The notes under the pieces are model-generated. The model ran no database searches. It saw nothing but the letters and a program-made list of their open reading frames with translations, and was not told where the DNA came from. DNA of 64,000 bases from a virus. Lineage: Duplodnaviria; Heunggongvirae; Uroviricota; Caudoviricetes. Below are positions 19,884-29,258 of this stretch, one piece after another (positions within the stretch are counted from its first letter, which is position 1; the number at the start of each line of letters is the position of its first letter). The position numbers and the translations under genes were made by a program. The stretch covers positions 1 through 64,000 of IMG/VR virus record IMGVR_UViG_3300043447_000408. The stretch is one strand, 5' to 3'.

Positions 19884-20012
19884 ATGGCAAAGTCTAAGGG
19901 AAGTTCTACATCAATGAAGGTATCATTTGGTAAGAAAAGTACAGGTAAAGCTCGTAAATCTTATGGTCCAAAAGACCAAAAACCAAAAAGATACAAAGGT
20001 CAAGGACGTTAA
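19884..20012 (+). CDS. small lysine-rich basic protein (42 aa), not in ORF track
   Basis: ATG preceded by ttttatatat; MAKSKGSSTSMKVSFGKKSTGKARKSYGPKDQKPKRYKGQGR; sits in gap between two minus-strand genes. Confidence 0.35.
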   Translation: MAKSKGSSTSMKVSFGKKSTGKARKSYGPKDQKPKRYKGQGR

Positions 20013-20260
20013 TCTTCTTCGTTTATCGGATATATGTGAATCGGTGTGTACTCCCCAACATACGCATTTAGTATGTTGAATTCAACCCATTCGTAAGCAT
20101 CTTCGTACGTAAACTCATTTATCCTTTGAGTTTCGGATATCAGTTTATTAATATCATAGACTGCCCTACCTTCCTGTGTAAAACCGATAATGGCCAAGTC
20201 TAACTCGTCCCATAGAATTGCGTCAGGATTAATTTCCGATATTTTTTCTCTTGTTATCAT
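20009..20260 (-). CDS. hypothetical acidic protein
   Basis: 83-aa ORF. Confidence 0.45.
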   Translation of the reverse strand: MITREKISEINPDAILWDELDLAIIGFTQEGRAVYDINKLISETQRINEFTYEDAYEWVEFNILNAYVGEYTPIHIYPINEED

Positions 20261-20799
20261 AGTCTTCCAGCTCCTTTATATGATTTTTTATATTTTGGTT
20301 CACTTAAACTACTAATCTTAACACCTTCAGCTTTATTTGCTGCGTGGACAAATTTATCATTACCAATGTAAATTCCACAATGCCAACCACTTGGGCTAAT
20401 TCGAGTATTAAAGAATACGATATCACCAATGATTAAATTAGTCTTGGTTATTCTATTAGTTTGTGACCATTGTTTATATGCAACATCTTTTAATTCTAAT
20501 CCGTAAACATCACGGTATAATCTTTTAGTGAATTGGGAACAGTCAATCCCACTTTTTGTTCGACCACCTAGTCTATACTTAACACCTAACCAATCTCTAA
20601 TGAAGGCGTCTAATTTTGCACTATCAGTTAAAGTTATTATTTCAGTTTTACCTTTAACCATAACATAAACATAATCACCATCAACCAGTGACTTTTGATA
20701 ATTTACATAATCAGAAAATTGATTCTGACTAAACGCCGATATTGTTAATAGGGTTAAAACAATTATTAACCATATTATTTCTTTAAATTTTTTATTCAT
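20257..20799 (-). CDS. secreted NlpC/P60 family cell-wall peptidase
   Basis: N-terminal signal peptide; Cys in GIDCSQF, His in HCGIYIG...FVHA. Confidence 0.75.
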   Translation of the reverse strand: MNKKFKEIIWLIIVLTLLTISAFSQNQFSDYVNYQKSLVDGDYVYVMVKGKTEIITLTDSAKLDAFIRDWLGVKYRLGGRTKSGIDCSQFTKRLYRDVYGLELKDVAYKQWSQTNRITKTNLIIGDIVFFNTRISPSGWHCGIYIGNDKFVHAANKAEGVKISSLSEPKYKKSYKGAGRL

Positions 20800-20802
20800 A
20801 TT

Positions 20803-21897
20803 TTAATTACTTATTGGTGCTTTAATTGTTGAGTGTGATTGGTAATTCTCTAATATCACATCCCGACCCCCAAATGAAAATATACCATCTCTAACGTGTA
20901 CCGTCGGTAAATCAAATGGTTCTCTCTTTATTTGTTCTTTTGCTTGTTCTATGTGGTTCTTATATAAATGCACATCTCCCAAATTCCCTATTAATTCATC
21001 GGGTACCATATTCATTTCATCCGCAATCATCATAAGTAATAAACCATATGATGCTATATTGAATGGTAGTCCTAAAAATGTGTCCACTGAACGTTGATTC
21101 CACATTAATGAAATTGCTCTTTTTGGGATATTGTACGCTTGTAATTCTTCACTTAACCCTCCACCGAATGGAACTATATCATCAACCATCAATTGAAACC
21201 TTTCATCACCAACTTTCTTCTTTAACAAATCCCATCTTTCTTCTCCTGTTAACTCTCTAGTGTATACTTGAAACCCATAATGACAAGGAGGAAGAATCAT
21301 ATGGTTTAACTCACCAACATTCCAAGCAGATACCATTAATCTTCTACTATCAGGATTTGATTTAAGTTCATCGATTAGGTTTTGAATTTGGTCAATCTCT
21401 TCACCAACTTTTAACCAACTTCTCCATTGTTTACCATATATTGGGCCTAACTCACCCCAATGTTCGGCAAACTCATCATTCATTTTTATTTTATCAATAA
21501 ACTCTTCTTGAGTTAATGGAGTTAATTTATCAGAATCACTAAACCACTCTTCTACGTGTGGTTGCATTCCCATTATATCACCACACTTGTATCCATCAAT
21601 AATGTCATTAATTTTTTTAGTGTAGTTCTTAAATGCATCACCATTCCAAATATTACATCCATTCATTACCAGATACTTGATGTTGGTGCTTCCACTTAAG
21701 AACCAAATCAACTCGGTCACCATTGTCTTCCAAGCCATCTTCTTGGTTGTAAGTAATGGAAACCCTTGTGACATTCGATGTCTTATTTGACGACCAAATA
21801 CTGATATCGTACCAGTACCTGTTCTGTCAGTTTTAACAACACCGTTATCTAAAATGTCTTGTAATAATTCTTGATACTTACTATCTATTGTGTTCAT
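20803..21897 (-). CDS. thyA: thymidylate synthase family enzyme (ThyA-type; dCMP/dUMP hydroxymethylase not excluded)
   Basis: DRTGTGT, RH, FPLLTTKK, catalytic LPPCH; 364 aa, longer than typical ThyA. Confidence 0.7.
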   Translation of the reverse strand: MNTIDSKYQELLQDILDNGVVKTDRTGTGTISVFGRQIRHRMSQGFPLLTTKKMAWKTMVTELIWFLSGSTNIKYLVMNGCNIWNGDAFKNYTKKINDIIDGYKCGDIMGMQPHVEEWFSDSDKLTPLTQEEFIDKIKMNDEFAEHWGELGPIYGKQWRSWLKVGEEIDQIQNLIDELKSNPDSRRLMVSAWNVGELNHMILPPCHYGFQVYTRELTGEERWDLLKKKVGDERFQLMVDDIVPFGGGLSEELQAYNIPKRAISLMWNQRSVDTFLGLPFNIASYGLLLMMIADEMNMVPDELIGNLGDVHLYKNHIEQAKEQIKREPFDLPTVHVRDGIFSFGGRDVILENYQSHSTIKAPISN

Positions 21898-22246
21898 AAA
21901 TGTTTAATCTTTTTTCGTTTTCAATTTTATCTTGATTGGTATATCTTTCTTTGTAAGATATAATTCTATGAAATTCTTTATATGCCGATGGGTGAGTTTC
22001 TTTTATCCTATCTAAACCATACTCATATTCAAAAAGTACGTCTTCATATCTTCTTTCTTTTTTATCAAAACCATCCTCTAGTTGTTCTAATTGTCCTTGT
22101 AAATTAATTACTTCATTTCGTAATGAATCTTCATTACAAATCGAATCAGATTTTATAGGTGTATTGTCCGGTTTATTCAGTGTAATAATTAGTAAAGTCA
22201 TTATTACAATTATTGCAATAGAAAGTCTGATTGCTACATTTTTCAT
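21881..22246 (-). CDS. membrane-anchored coiled-coil protein
   Basis: N-terminal TM, then heptad-like region. Confidence 0.4.
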   Translation of the reverse strand: MKNVAIRLSIAIIVIMTLLIITLNKPDNTPIKSDSICNEDSLRNEVINLQGQLEQLEDGFDKKERRYEDVLFEYEYGLDRIKETHPSAYKEFHRIISYKERYTNQDKIENEKRLNIYEHNR

Positions 22247-22905
22247 ATTAATTTATCTTTTAGTAATTCAAAAAATATATTGGTAAGAGTTTTATGTGCA
22301 TTCTCACCATAATGATTATCATTAACAATATTATTACTATCCATTTTTATTGTTTCAAGTTTCAATAACTTATGTACATTTAAATCAACATTATCATCAA
22401 ATGGTGTCCAATGAATTATTTTATTTTTCTTCATTGTATGATTAATAAAATGAATCCAATTATTAACTTCTCTATAATAAATTGGGTTATCTCTATTAAC
22501 AAAAATCTCCTCAATTGTGTTTCTTGACATATCGGTGTGATGAGTGATGTGATAATCCGTTACGGTGCCAGGTACAAATTTCACCCAATCACCATCTTTA
22601 GCAGCAAGTCTAAATCTAATCACACTCGACCAACCAATAATTACAATATCATTTTCTTTAATTCTATGTACGTTATTACACAAGGTTCCGAAAATAGAAT
22701 AATTATCATATCCCCCAACTCCTAAGTTCTCACTTTCAATCCCCAATTTTTCACCTAAAAAATCACAATAAACTTTTGGTAAATAACCTTTATAATCGAT
22801 GTAACTTTTACACCAATCGACGTTTGGGTTATATCTTTGTGTATAGCTATCACCAAAACACCACAACTTATTTTTTGTAGTATGCATTTTTTTGTATTTG
22901 TACAC
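22243..22905 (-). CDS. SGNH/GDSL hydrolase-like protein
   Basis: block I LWCFGDSYT, block V DNHYGENAH. Confidence 0.55.
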   Translation of the reverse strand: MYKYKKMHTTKNKLWCFGDSYTQRYNPNVDWCKSYIDYKGYLPKVYCDFLGEKLGIESENLGVGGYDNYSIFGTLCNNVHRIKENDIVIIGWSSVIRFRLAAKDGDWVKFVPGTVTDYHITHHTDMSRNTIEEIFVNRDNPIYYREVNNWIHFINHTMKKNKIIHWTPFDDNVDLNVHKLLKLETIKMDSNNIVNDNHYGENAHKTLTNIFFELLKDKLI

Positions 22906-23066
22906 CCATAAAAAATGTTAACCATCTAAACGATAAACCACACGCTGGCATCGATATACCGGTCTCAAAAAAAGTTTCTTTATTGTAAAAGAAAACAATT
23001 GTTGGTATCATAAACCAATGATGTTTCTTTTTATATATAAAAAAATCAGTTAGGTATTTTGGTTCT

Positions 23067-23369
23067 TTAATCATCTTTCTTTTTGAAAAGTGGTTTTAGT
23101 TTTTCTTTTGTTTTTTCGTAGTGTACCATTGCAAACCATTTACCTATGATACTCCCAATGATGTAAAATACTACTCCGAGATAATCTCCTTTGAATAAAC
23201 TGTCCAAGGAATAATATGTTGCACCTAACGACACTAAACTTGTCCAAACACTATTAAGTAATAAACTTCTAATCTTGTTTTCATATGTGTACTTAATCTC
23301 CATAACTTTGAAGATATTAAACATAATTTGAAAAAATAAGATTAGAAGATAATTTTTAATCATCATCAC
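23067..23369 (-). CDS. membrane protein
   Basis: three hydrophobic segments. Confidence 0.4.
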   Translation of the reverse strand: MMMIKNYLLILFFQIMFNIFKVMEIKYTYENKIRSLLLNSVWTSLVSLGATYYSLDSLFKGDYLGVVFYIIGSIIGKWFAMVHYEKTKEKLKPLFKKKDD

Positions 23370-23649
23370 CGTAATTTCCTGTTGTTCTTCTTAATAATCG
23401 GTCCACCTCATCTTCCTTCTCTCTCATTTCAATCATACGGATATAATAGGTATCAGAGCTGTTAGTTTCGGTCTTCATATTCTTATCAAACCATTTACTA
23501 AACCATTTACCTTTATATGCAAGAACTTGACATCTGTCAGAAAATTCATCTGCATCATCTTGGTCCAATAAACCTTCGTCAACAAGTTTCGCAAGTACAA
23601 TGTCTTTTACCTTGTTGTAATTTTCCATTTCTGCCGTTAAATCAATCAT
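23356..23649 (-). CDS. hypothetical acidic protein
   Basis: 97-aa ORF. Confidence 0.4.
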   Translation of the reverse strand: MIDLTAEMENYNKVKDIVLAKLVDEGLLDQDDADEFSDRCQVLAYKGKWFSKWFDKNMKTETNSSDTYYIRMIEMREKEDEVDRLLRRTTGNYGDDD

Positions 23650-23860
23650 TATCTACGTTTTTAGTTTCTTCTTTTAATTTATTTAAACATTTGTACAATG
23701 TGTGTGACTCGGCCAAAGTATAGGCACCCTGACCCTGTAAAGTCTCAATTGAGAGTTCTATAATTTTGAGTGCAGTCTCCTTATCCAACTTATCAACCAA
23801 ATAGGTATCCAACTCTTGGGATGTCCTATATTCCAAAAAATTATTAAAAATACTTGCCAT
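23642..23860 (-). CDS. hypothetical protein
   Basis: 72-aa ORF. Confidence 0.4.
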   Translation of the reverse strand: MASIFNNFLEYRTSQELDTYLVDKLDKETALKIIELSIETLQGQGAYTLAESHTLYKCLNKLKEETKNVDND

Positions 23861-23907
23861 AATTTAATATTACGAATTTATTTTGAGAAAACCAAATAAT
23901 TATAGGT

Positions 23908-24267
23908 ATGTCAGTCTTAATTAACAACCAAACATTTCCTGCAGAGTATCTATCCCAACCAGACGAACTACAAAGAGGTATGATGGGTAGAGAGTCCCTA
24001 AACGGGTGTATGGTGTTTAAAATGGGTATGGGGACACATTCATTTTGGATGAAGAAGTGTCTAATACCACTTGATATTGTTTTTGTTAATAAAAACAGAA
24101 TAAGTAACATACATCGTGATTGTCAACCTTGTGAGGACGATTGTGATAAAAGATACAGGGGTATCGGTGACCACGTAATCGAATTCCCATCAGGAACCTG
24201 TTCCAATTTCAAAATTGGTGATAAAGTTAAAATGTATCTTGGGACTCCACAGAATCCTGTTCAATAA
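23908..24267 (+). CDS. DUF192-like protein on opposite strand
   Basis: CLIPLDIVFVNKN resembles the DUF192 PLD[IV][IVA]F core; own upstream AT-rich region. Confidence 0.45.
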   Translation: MSVLINNQTFPAEYLSQPDELQRGMMGRESLNGCMVFKMGMGTHSFWMKKCLIPLDIVFVNKNRISNIHRDCQPCEDDCDKRYRGIGDHVIEFPSGTCSNFKIGDKVKMYLGTPQNPVQ

Positions 24268-24928
24268 AACTATCAACCGCATTTATAAAATCGTACTTAA
24301 CTTTTGGTTTTACCTTTTCAAATACCCAAAAGTAACTATGATATTTTCTGGCGTGTTCTTGTTTAGTCCATTTAGTACCAAAACTATTGATTCTCACATT
24401 GGAAGTAAGTACAAACATATCTCTCGGGTAAAATCCAATCTGTAAAGCCATATTCATAATTAAACAATGGGTGAAGTGGTTCTTACCACCTGATACAGTG
24501 TCCTGACATTTCATTACCACATATCCACCTTTATCACAAATTCTATACAATTCCTTTAAAGTGTTGAAGTAATTGACTTTCAAGTCATTATATGTTGTGT
24601 AACCCTCAAATCTCTTCGCAATAATGGAGCTACCTTCCTTATTACCTTTATACGATGCTCCCGCAACCACGAATGGCGGGTCGTACATAATACTCTTCAT
24701 TGAGTTGTTCTCAAATGGTAGGTTCTCAGAGTCGGCCTCTACAACTGACTCATTTACAGGGAATAAATCACTTTTGTATGTTGGGCCTGGTAAGTCTTTC
24801 CAAAAATTACCTTTCGAATAGGTACAATCCAAATCGAATCTTTCGATTTTGTACAAATCCATAATGTTTCTAATCGCCTCAAAGTTAGATGTGTAAACAC
24901 TTTTGACCGGTTTAAAGTCTTTTTCCAT
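24227..24928 (-). CDS. DPP[FYW]-motif amino-methyltransferase-like protein (MT-A70 / N6-N4 MTase-like)
   Basis: SIMYDPPFVVAG followed by LKELYRICDKGGYVV; no clear FxGxG motif seen. Confidence 0.45.
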   Translation of the reverse strand: MEKDFKPVKSVYTSNFEAIRNIMDLYKIERFDLDCTYSKGNFWKDLPGPTYKSDLFPVNESVVEADSENLPFENNSMKSIMYDPPFVVAGASYKGNKEGSSIIAKRFEGYTTYNDLKVNYFNTLKELYRICDKGGYVVMKCQDTVSGGKNHFTHCLIMNMALQIGFYPRDMFVLTSNVRINSFGTKWTKQEHARKYHSYFWVFEKVKPKVKYDFINAVDSFIEQDSVESQDTF

Positions 24929-24929
24929 T

Positions 24930-25622
24930 TTAAATTAAGTTTTTAAGTTGTGGGTATATGAAATTATCGAATATTATTTTTTGTGATTCATTTCCAAAAT
25001 GTGAGTCCTTCGGTATTGGTGGTACATTATTGTTTTTTGTGAAGTCATCAACTGTACCATAAAGTATACGTATTTTTTTTATCAATTCCAAATAACCTGA
25101 TTTTTCAGCCAATTGATGGATGTCCTCGTACCAACTAAAGAATATCACTTTTTTACCATATGATTCACAAATGTGATGTACTAACAATATTGTATGTAGA
25201 ATCTTAATTTCGAGATTATATTTTGAAATTATGGATTGTTGATAGATAAAATCTAAAACTTTATTAGTATCGTACCATTTACTAAATTCAGTTTCAAACG
25301 CCTTTTCATTCCTCATTGTGGTGAAGTTAAAATACTTAACACCGTTCACGTTTGATGGTGAATGTAATCCCCTTTCATCGGATTTAATCATCGAAGCTCC
25401 CATCATAGTTCTAGCGGGGTGAGTTAATTGAAAAACGAATAAATCTAAGTCGGGATTGTTTTCAATAATGTATTTTACTTTCTCAATATTAACTTCATTT
25501 GACCCTCCTCTCGATGAGGAATCAATAATTTCCGCATTTAGAGTTTCACCCATATGAAACCACCAAGGTTCTCCTCCGTAATTTCTTGAACTATGTGAAC
25601 ACCCTGTCACACCTATTTTCAT
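24930..25622 (-). CDS. SGNH hydrolase-like protein (GCS variant)
   Basis: likely start at MKIGVTGCSHSS (internal Met of the 275-aa track ORF); block V KDSHFGNESQ. Confidence 0.5.
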   Translation of the reverse strand: MKIGVTGCSHSSRNYGGEPWWFHMGETLNAEIIDSSSRGGSNEVNIEKVKYIIENNPDLDLFVFQLTHPARTMMGASMIKSDERGLHSPSNVNGVKYFNFTTMRNEKAFETEFSKWYDTNKVLDFIYQQSIISKYNLEIKILHTILLVHHICESYGKKVIFFSWYEDIHQLAEKSGYLELIKKIRILYGTVDDFTKNNNVPPIPKDSHFGNESQKIIFDNFIYPQLKNLI

Positions 25623-25718
25623 ATTCACTTGATTTTTAAATAAATCTTTGTTAGATTTTATTAAAATATAGTGAATAAAAAACAATAAACCAAAATATTT
25701 ATATAAAAAGAAAACAAT

Positions 25719-25907
25719 ATGGGATGCGGATGTAAAAAAAGAAATGTTCAACCACAAAACACACCTCTACCGGTTGAAGTACAAATAAACTTTTCGGAAG
25801 AAACTACCTCTACCGAATTAGGTCCTGTCACTGAAGAACAAAGTACTCTTATCAATGAAATTGCTAATAAGTTAAGAGAGATTAATTCATCAGAAGAACC
25901 TCAATAA
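25719..25907 (+). CDS. small protein beginning MGCGCKK
   Basis: 62-aa ORF followed 4 nt later by a strong intrinsic terminator. Confidence 0.35.
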   Translation: MGCGCKKRNVQPQNTPLPVEVQINFSEETTSTELGPVTEEQSTLINEIANKLREINSSEEPQ

Positions 25908-25910
25908 AGT

Positions 25911-25940
25911 TAACAATATCGGACTTCTGTCCGATATTTT
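25911..25940 (+). terminator. rho-independent terminator
   Basis: 10-bp perfect stem aatatcggac/gtccgatatt, loop ttct, then tttttt. Confidence 0.6.
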
Positions 25941-25975
25941 TTATCTATATAATATATAAAAATTTATATACAAAT

Positions 25976-26173
25976 ATGAAAGCTGAAGTTAAATTAACTA
26001 GTGTAAACATTTTAGATGATGTTTATAAAAAATTCAAAATTAAATCGATTGATGGTTCAATCAACCTACAAAAACTCGTAAACAGGTCTTTAGATTTATA
26101 TACTAAAAGTGAAGATTTCAAAGACAAGATTGACAATCATAATGGGTTAGCATCTAGCGGTTCAAAGTTTTAA
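25976..26173 (+). CDS. hypothetical protein
   Basis: 65-aa ORF leading the plus-strand glycosyltransferase block. Confidence 0.45.
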   Translation: MKAEVKLTSVNILDDVYKKFKIKSIDGSINLQKLVNRSLDLYTKSEDFKDKIDNHNGLASSGSKF

Positions 26174-26176
26174 TTA

Positions 26177-27532
26177 ATGAAAAAAAAGATATTATTATTA
26201 TCTGATGATTTGAGAATGACATCAGGTATATCTACTATGTCAAGGGAACTTGTGTTGGGGACAATTCACAAGTACGATTGGGTACAGTTGGGTGCTGCAA
26301 TTCAACATCCTGAGTTTGGTAAAGTGGTGGATGTAAATCAAGATGTGAGAGATAGAACAGGTATTGAAGATGCAAATCTTAAAATATATCCTAGCCACGG
26401 TTATGGTGATATTAATATTTTAAGAACATTATTAGCAATTGAAAAACCAGACGCAATCTTACATTTTACTGACCCACATTATTGGCAATGGTTATATGAT
26501 AATGAACACGAGATAAGACAACAAGTTCCGATATTGTATTATCACATTTGGGATGATTTACCTGACCCAAAGTACAACAGAGATTACTACGAGAGTTGTG
26601 ATTGGGTTGGTTGTATATCTAAACAAACTTATGGTATTGTTCATCGAGTTGGTAAAATGATTGATGAGGTTACACATAAACCATTGGAAGATTGGCAAAT
26701 TAGTTATGTACCTCACGGAATCAATCCAAAAGTATTCAAACCTTTAGATGATGTTAGTGATGATATTAAAAAACTAATGTTTGGTGACAAGGAATATGAT
26801 TTTGTGTTATTCTATAACAACAGAAACATAAGAAGAAAACAACCATCGGATGTAATCTACTCTTATAAATTATTCTGTGATAAATTACCAAAAGAACAAT
26901 CGGACAAATGTTTATTATTAATGCATACAGCCGCTGTTGATGAGAACGGAACTGATTTACCTGCTGTGATTGATGCGTTGTGTCCTTATGATGTTAAGTT
27001 CACAGGTTTAAAATTAGAACAAGATAAGTTAAATGAAATTTACAATCTTGTTGATTGTACCATTAACATAGCAAACAACGAAGGGTTTGGTTTAACAACT
27101 GCAGAATCATTAATGGCAGGTACACCAATCATTGTAAATGTGACTGGTGGTTTACAAGACCAATGTGGATTTAATTATAGTGCCGATGACTACATTACAT
27201 TTGGTACTCTACACGATAAGAAGACGCACGGTTCAACATTACACGGTGAATGGGTTCTTCCTATTTGGCCGGCAGCAATTAACTTAAATGGTTCAGTGCC
27301 CACACCTTACATCTTTGACGATAGAGTTAATGATGATGAGGTCGCAAATAAAATTGCCACAGTTTATTCTTGGGGTAAGGAAGAGAGAAAAAGAAGAGGT
27401 TTGTTAGGTAGAGAATTTATGATTGAGAATTTATCTTCAGACAATATGAATAACTCATTGATTGAAGGTATTGAAAGAGTTTTTGAAAACTATAAACCAA
27501 GAAAAAGATTTGACTTATATAAGATAGTATAA
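26177..27532 (+). CDS. glycosyltransferase, GT-B fold (GT4/group 1)
   Basis: NNEGFGLTTAESLMAGTPIIVNVTGG (E-x7-E-like motif). Confidence 0.8.
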   Translation: MKKKILLLSDDLRMTSGISTMSRELVLGTIHKYDWVQLGAAIQHPEFGKVVDVNQDVRDRTGIEDANLKIYPSHGYGDINILRTLLAIEKPDAILHFTDPHYWQWLYDNEHEIRQQVPILYYHIWDDLPDPKYNRDYYESCDWVGCISKQTYGIVHRVGKMIDEVTHKPLEDWQISYVPHGINPKVFKPLDDVSDDIKKLMFGDKEYDFVLFYNNRNIRRKQPSDVIYSYKLFCDKLPKEQSDKCLLLMHTAAVDENGTDLPAVIDALCPYDVKFTGLKLEQDKLNEIYNLVDCTINIANNEGFGLTTAESLMAGTPIIVNVTGGLQDQCGFNYSADDYITFGTLHDKKTHGSTLHGEWVLPIWPAAINLNGSVPTPYIFDDRVNDDEVANKIATVYSWGKEERKRRGLLGREFMIENLSSDNMNNSLIEGIERVFENYKPRKRFDLYKIV

Positions 27533-27533
27533 T

Positions 27534-28781
27534 ATGAAACCATTTTTATTATTTAGAGGACCTGTAAAAACAAGAAGTGGATATGGTGCACATTCAAGAG
27601 ATTTGTTGCAAGCATTATATGAAATGGATTTGTTTGAGATTAAGATAGATAGTTGTATGTGGGGGTCAACTCCGATGACTGCGTTAGAAAAAGATAATCA
27701 GTTTCATATGTGGATTGAATCTAACATAATTAACCCTGCCGGTGTTACCTCTGATTTTTATGTTCAAGTAACTGTACCTAATGAATTTGAAAGGAGAGGT
27801 AAGTTTAATGTTGGTATAACTGCAGGAATCGAAACTACAGTTGCACCTAAAGAGTGGATTGATGGTTGTAATAGAATGGATTTAGTTATAACGACATCGA
27901 AGTTCTCAAAAGAAGTGTTGTTATCAACTGTATACAATGAGAATGAAAACAACACAGGAAAATTAATTAAACAACATAAGATACAAAAACCGATAGAAGT
28001 TCTATTTGAAGGTGTTGATGTTTCTACATTCAATAATGAATATAATGGTATTGATTTGGATATCAAAGAAGATTTTGCGTACTTGTTTGTTGGTCATTGG
28101 TTAAAGGGTTCACTTGGTCAAGATAGAAAGGATGTGGGAATGATGATTAAATGTTTTATGGAATCATTCAAAGATATTGAAGATAAACCTGCACTTATAC
28201 TTAAGACTTCTTCGGCAACATTCTCAATTAAAGAACGTGAGAATATGAGAAGAAAGATTGAAGAGTTAACAAAAGGATATGATAATCCTCCATCCGTTTA
28301 TCTATTGTTTGGTGAATTAACTAATCAAGAAATGAATGAATTGTATAATCATCCTAAGATTAAATCGATGGTATCAATCACAAAGGGTGAAGGTTTTGGT
28401 AGACCTCTATTAGAATTTTCAATGACAGGAAAGCCAATCATAGCGTCTAACTGGTCAGGTCATAAAGATTTCTTACCAATGGATAAAGCGATTATGATTG
28501 GTGGTTCATTAACTGATGTACACGAAAGTGCTGCTGATAGTTTTATACTAAGAGGGTCTAAATGGTTTACCGCAAACTATAATGAGTTCGCAGAAGTGTT
28601 AAGATTAGTTAAAAATGATTATGACAAATTCAAAGAAAAATCTGAAACACTAAGAGAAGAAAATAAAGAAAAGTTCTCAATGGAAAAAATGAAAGATGTG
28701 TTTATGAATTTGATTAAACCATATACCGTTCAACCTAAAGAACATAATTTGGTTTTACCAAAACTTACAAAAATTAAGTAA
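27534..28781 (+). CDS. glycosyltransferase, GT-B fold (GT4/group 1)
   Basis: TKGEGFGRPLLEFSMTGKPIIASNWSG. Confidence 0.7.
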   Translation: MKPFLLFRGPVKTRSGYGAHSRDLLQALYEMDLFEIKIDSCMWGSTPMTALEKDNQFHMWIESNIINPAGVTSDFYVQVTVPNEFERRGKFNVGITAGIETTVAPKEWIDGCNRMDLVITTSKFSKEVLLSTVYNENENNTGKLIKQHKIQKPIEVLFEGVDVSTFNNEYNGIDLDIKEDFAYLFVGHWLKGSLGQDRKDVGMMIKCFMESFKDIEDKPALILKTSSATFSIKERENMRRKIEELTKGYDNPPSVYLLFGELTNQEMNELYNHPKIKSMVSITKGEGFGRPLLEFSMTGKPIIASNWSGHKDFLPMDKAIMIGGSLTDVHESAADSFILRGSKWFTANYNEFAEVLRLVKNDYDKFKEKSETLREENKEKFSMEKMKDVFMNLIKPYTVQPKEHNLVLPKLTKIK

Positions 28782-29044
28782 TGTCGTTTAAATTTTTAAG
28801 GGATAATAATAGTTTATTTTCAGATTTAGAACCGACACAAATTTTAACATTAAGTCGAGCAGCGTACTATCCTGAAAATGTTGAGTTTTGTTTTCAATTT
28901 GGTGATAATGAACCTACAGTGTTTGCCACGGGTCCTAATGAATGTACCATTCGTTTATCACCGAGTCCCAATGGTAATGTAACATTTACAAGTAATGAAG
29001 GTTCAACATTTAAATTATTTGCAAGGGAGATTCAAAATGGTTAG
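28781..29044 (+). CDS. hypothetical protein
   Basis: 87-aa ORF, ATGA coupling. Confidence 0.4.
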   Translation: MSFKFLRDNNSLFSDLEPTQILTLSRAAYYPENVEFCFQFGDNEPTVFATGPNECTIRLSPSPNGNVTFTSNEGSTFKLFAREIQNG

Positions 29045-29255
29045 TGAATTTAAATTTTTTCGAGGTATTCCTAAAAAGGCAAGAGTGTTACGTGTAGATT
29101 GGAGACCAGAATTAGTGGATGATGGTGTCAATTATACTGATATTGTATCAGAATTATCGAGAGCACTTTCTGAAACAATTTCTCGTGAAATTGATAACGA
29201 CATTGTGAATCAACTAACAAGAAGAATAAACGGAGGATTTAATCAAAGAGCATAA
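29037..29255 (+). CDS. hypothetical protein
   Basis: start chosen at MVSEFKF (ATGGTTAG overlap) rather than upstream Met of track ORF. Confidence 0.4.
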   Translation: MVSEFKFFRGIPKKARVLRVDWRPELVDDGVNYTDIVSELSRALSETISREIDNDIVNQLTRRINGGFNQRA

Positions 29256-29258
29256 AAT

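Larger units (their letters stand above)
25623..25975. promoter_or_regulatory. divergent intergenic/promoter region between minus and plus gene blocks
   Basis: strand switch; AT-rich; contains small plus ORF and terminator. Confidence 0.3.

Noticed and set aside
23844-24110. Minus-strand 88-aa ORF overlapping the plus-strand DUF192-like gene
   Set aside because: The plus-strand ORF has a recognisable conserved motif and its own upstream region, so the minus ORF is judged a shadow frame.
24930-25757. N-terminal 45-codon extension of the SGNH-like ORF (MWLNISFF...)
   Set aside because: SGNH block I normally lies within about 10 residues of the N-terminus, and the internal Met at MKIGVTGCSHSS fits that, so the extension is probably untranslated. 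A signal peptide role cannot be fully excluded.
28995-29036. Upstream Met start for ORF 28995-29255
   Set aside because: It would overlap the preceding gene by 50 nt, whereas the downstream ATG gives the ATGGTTAG stop/start overlap common in this window.
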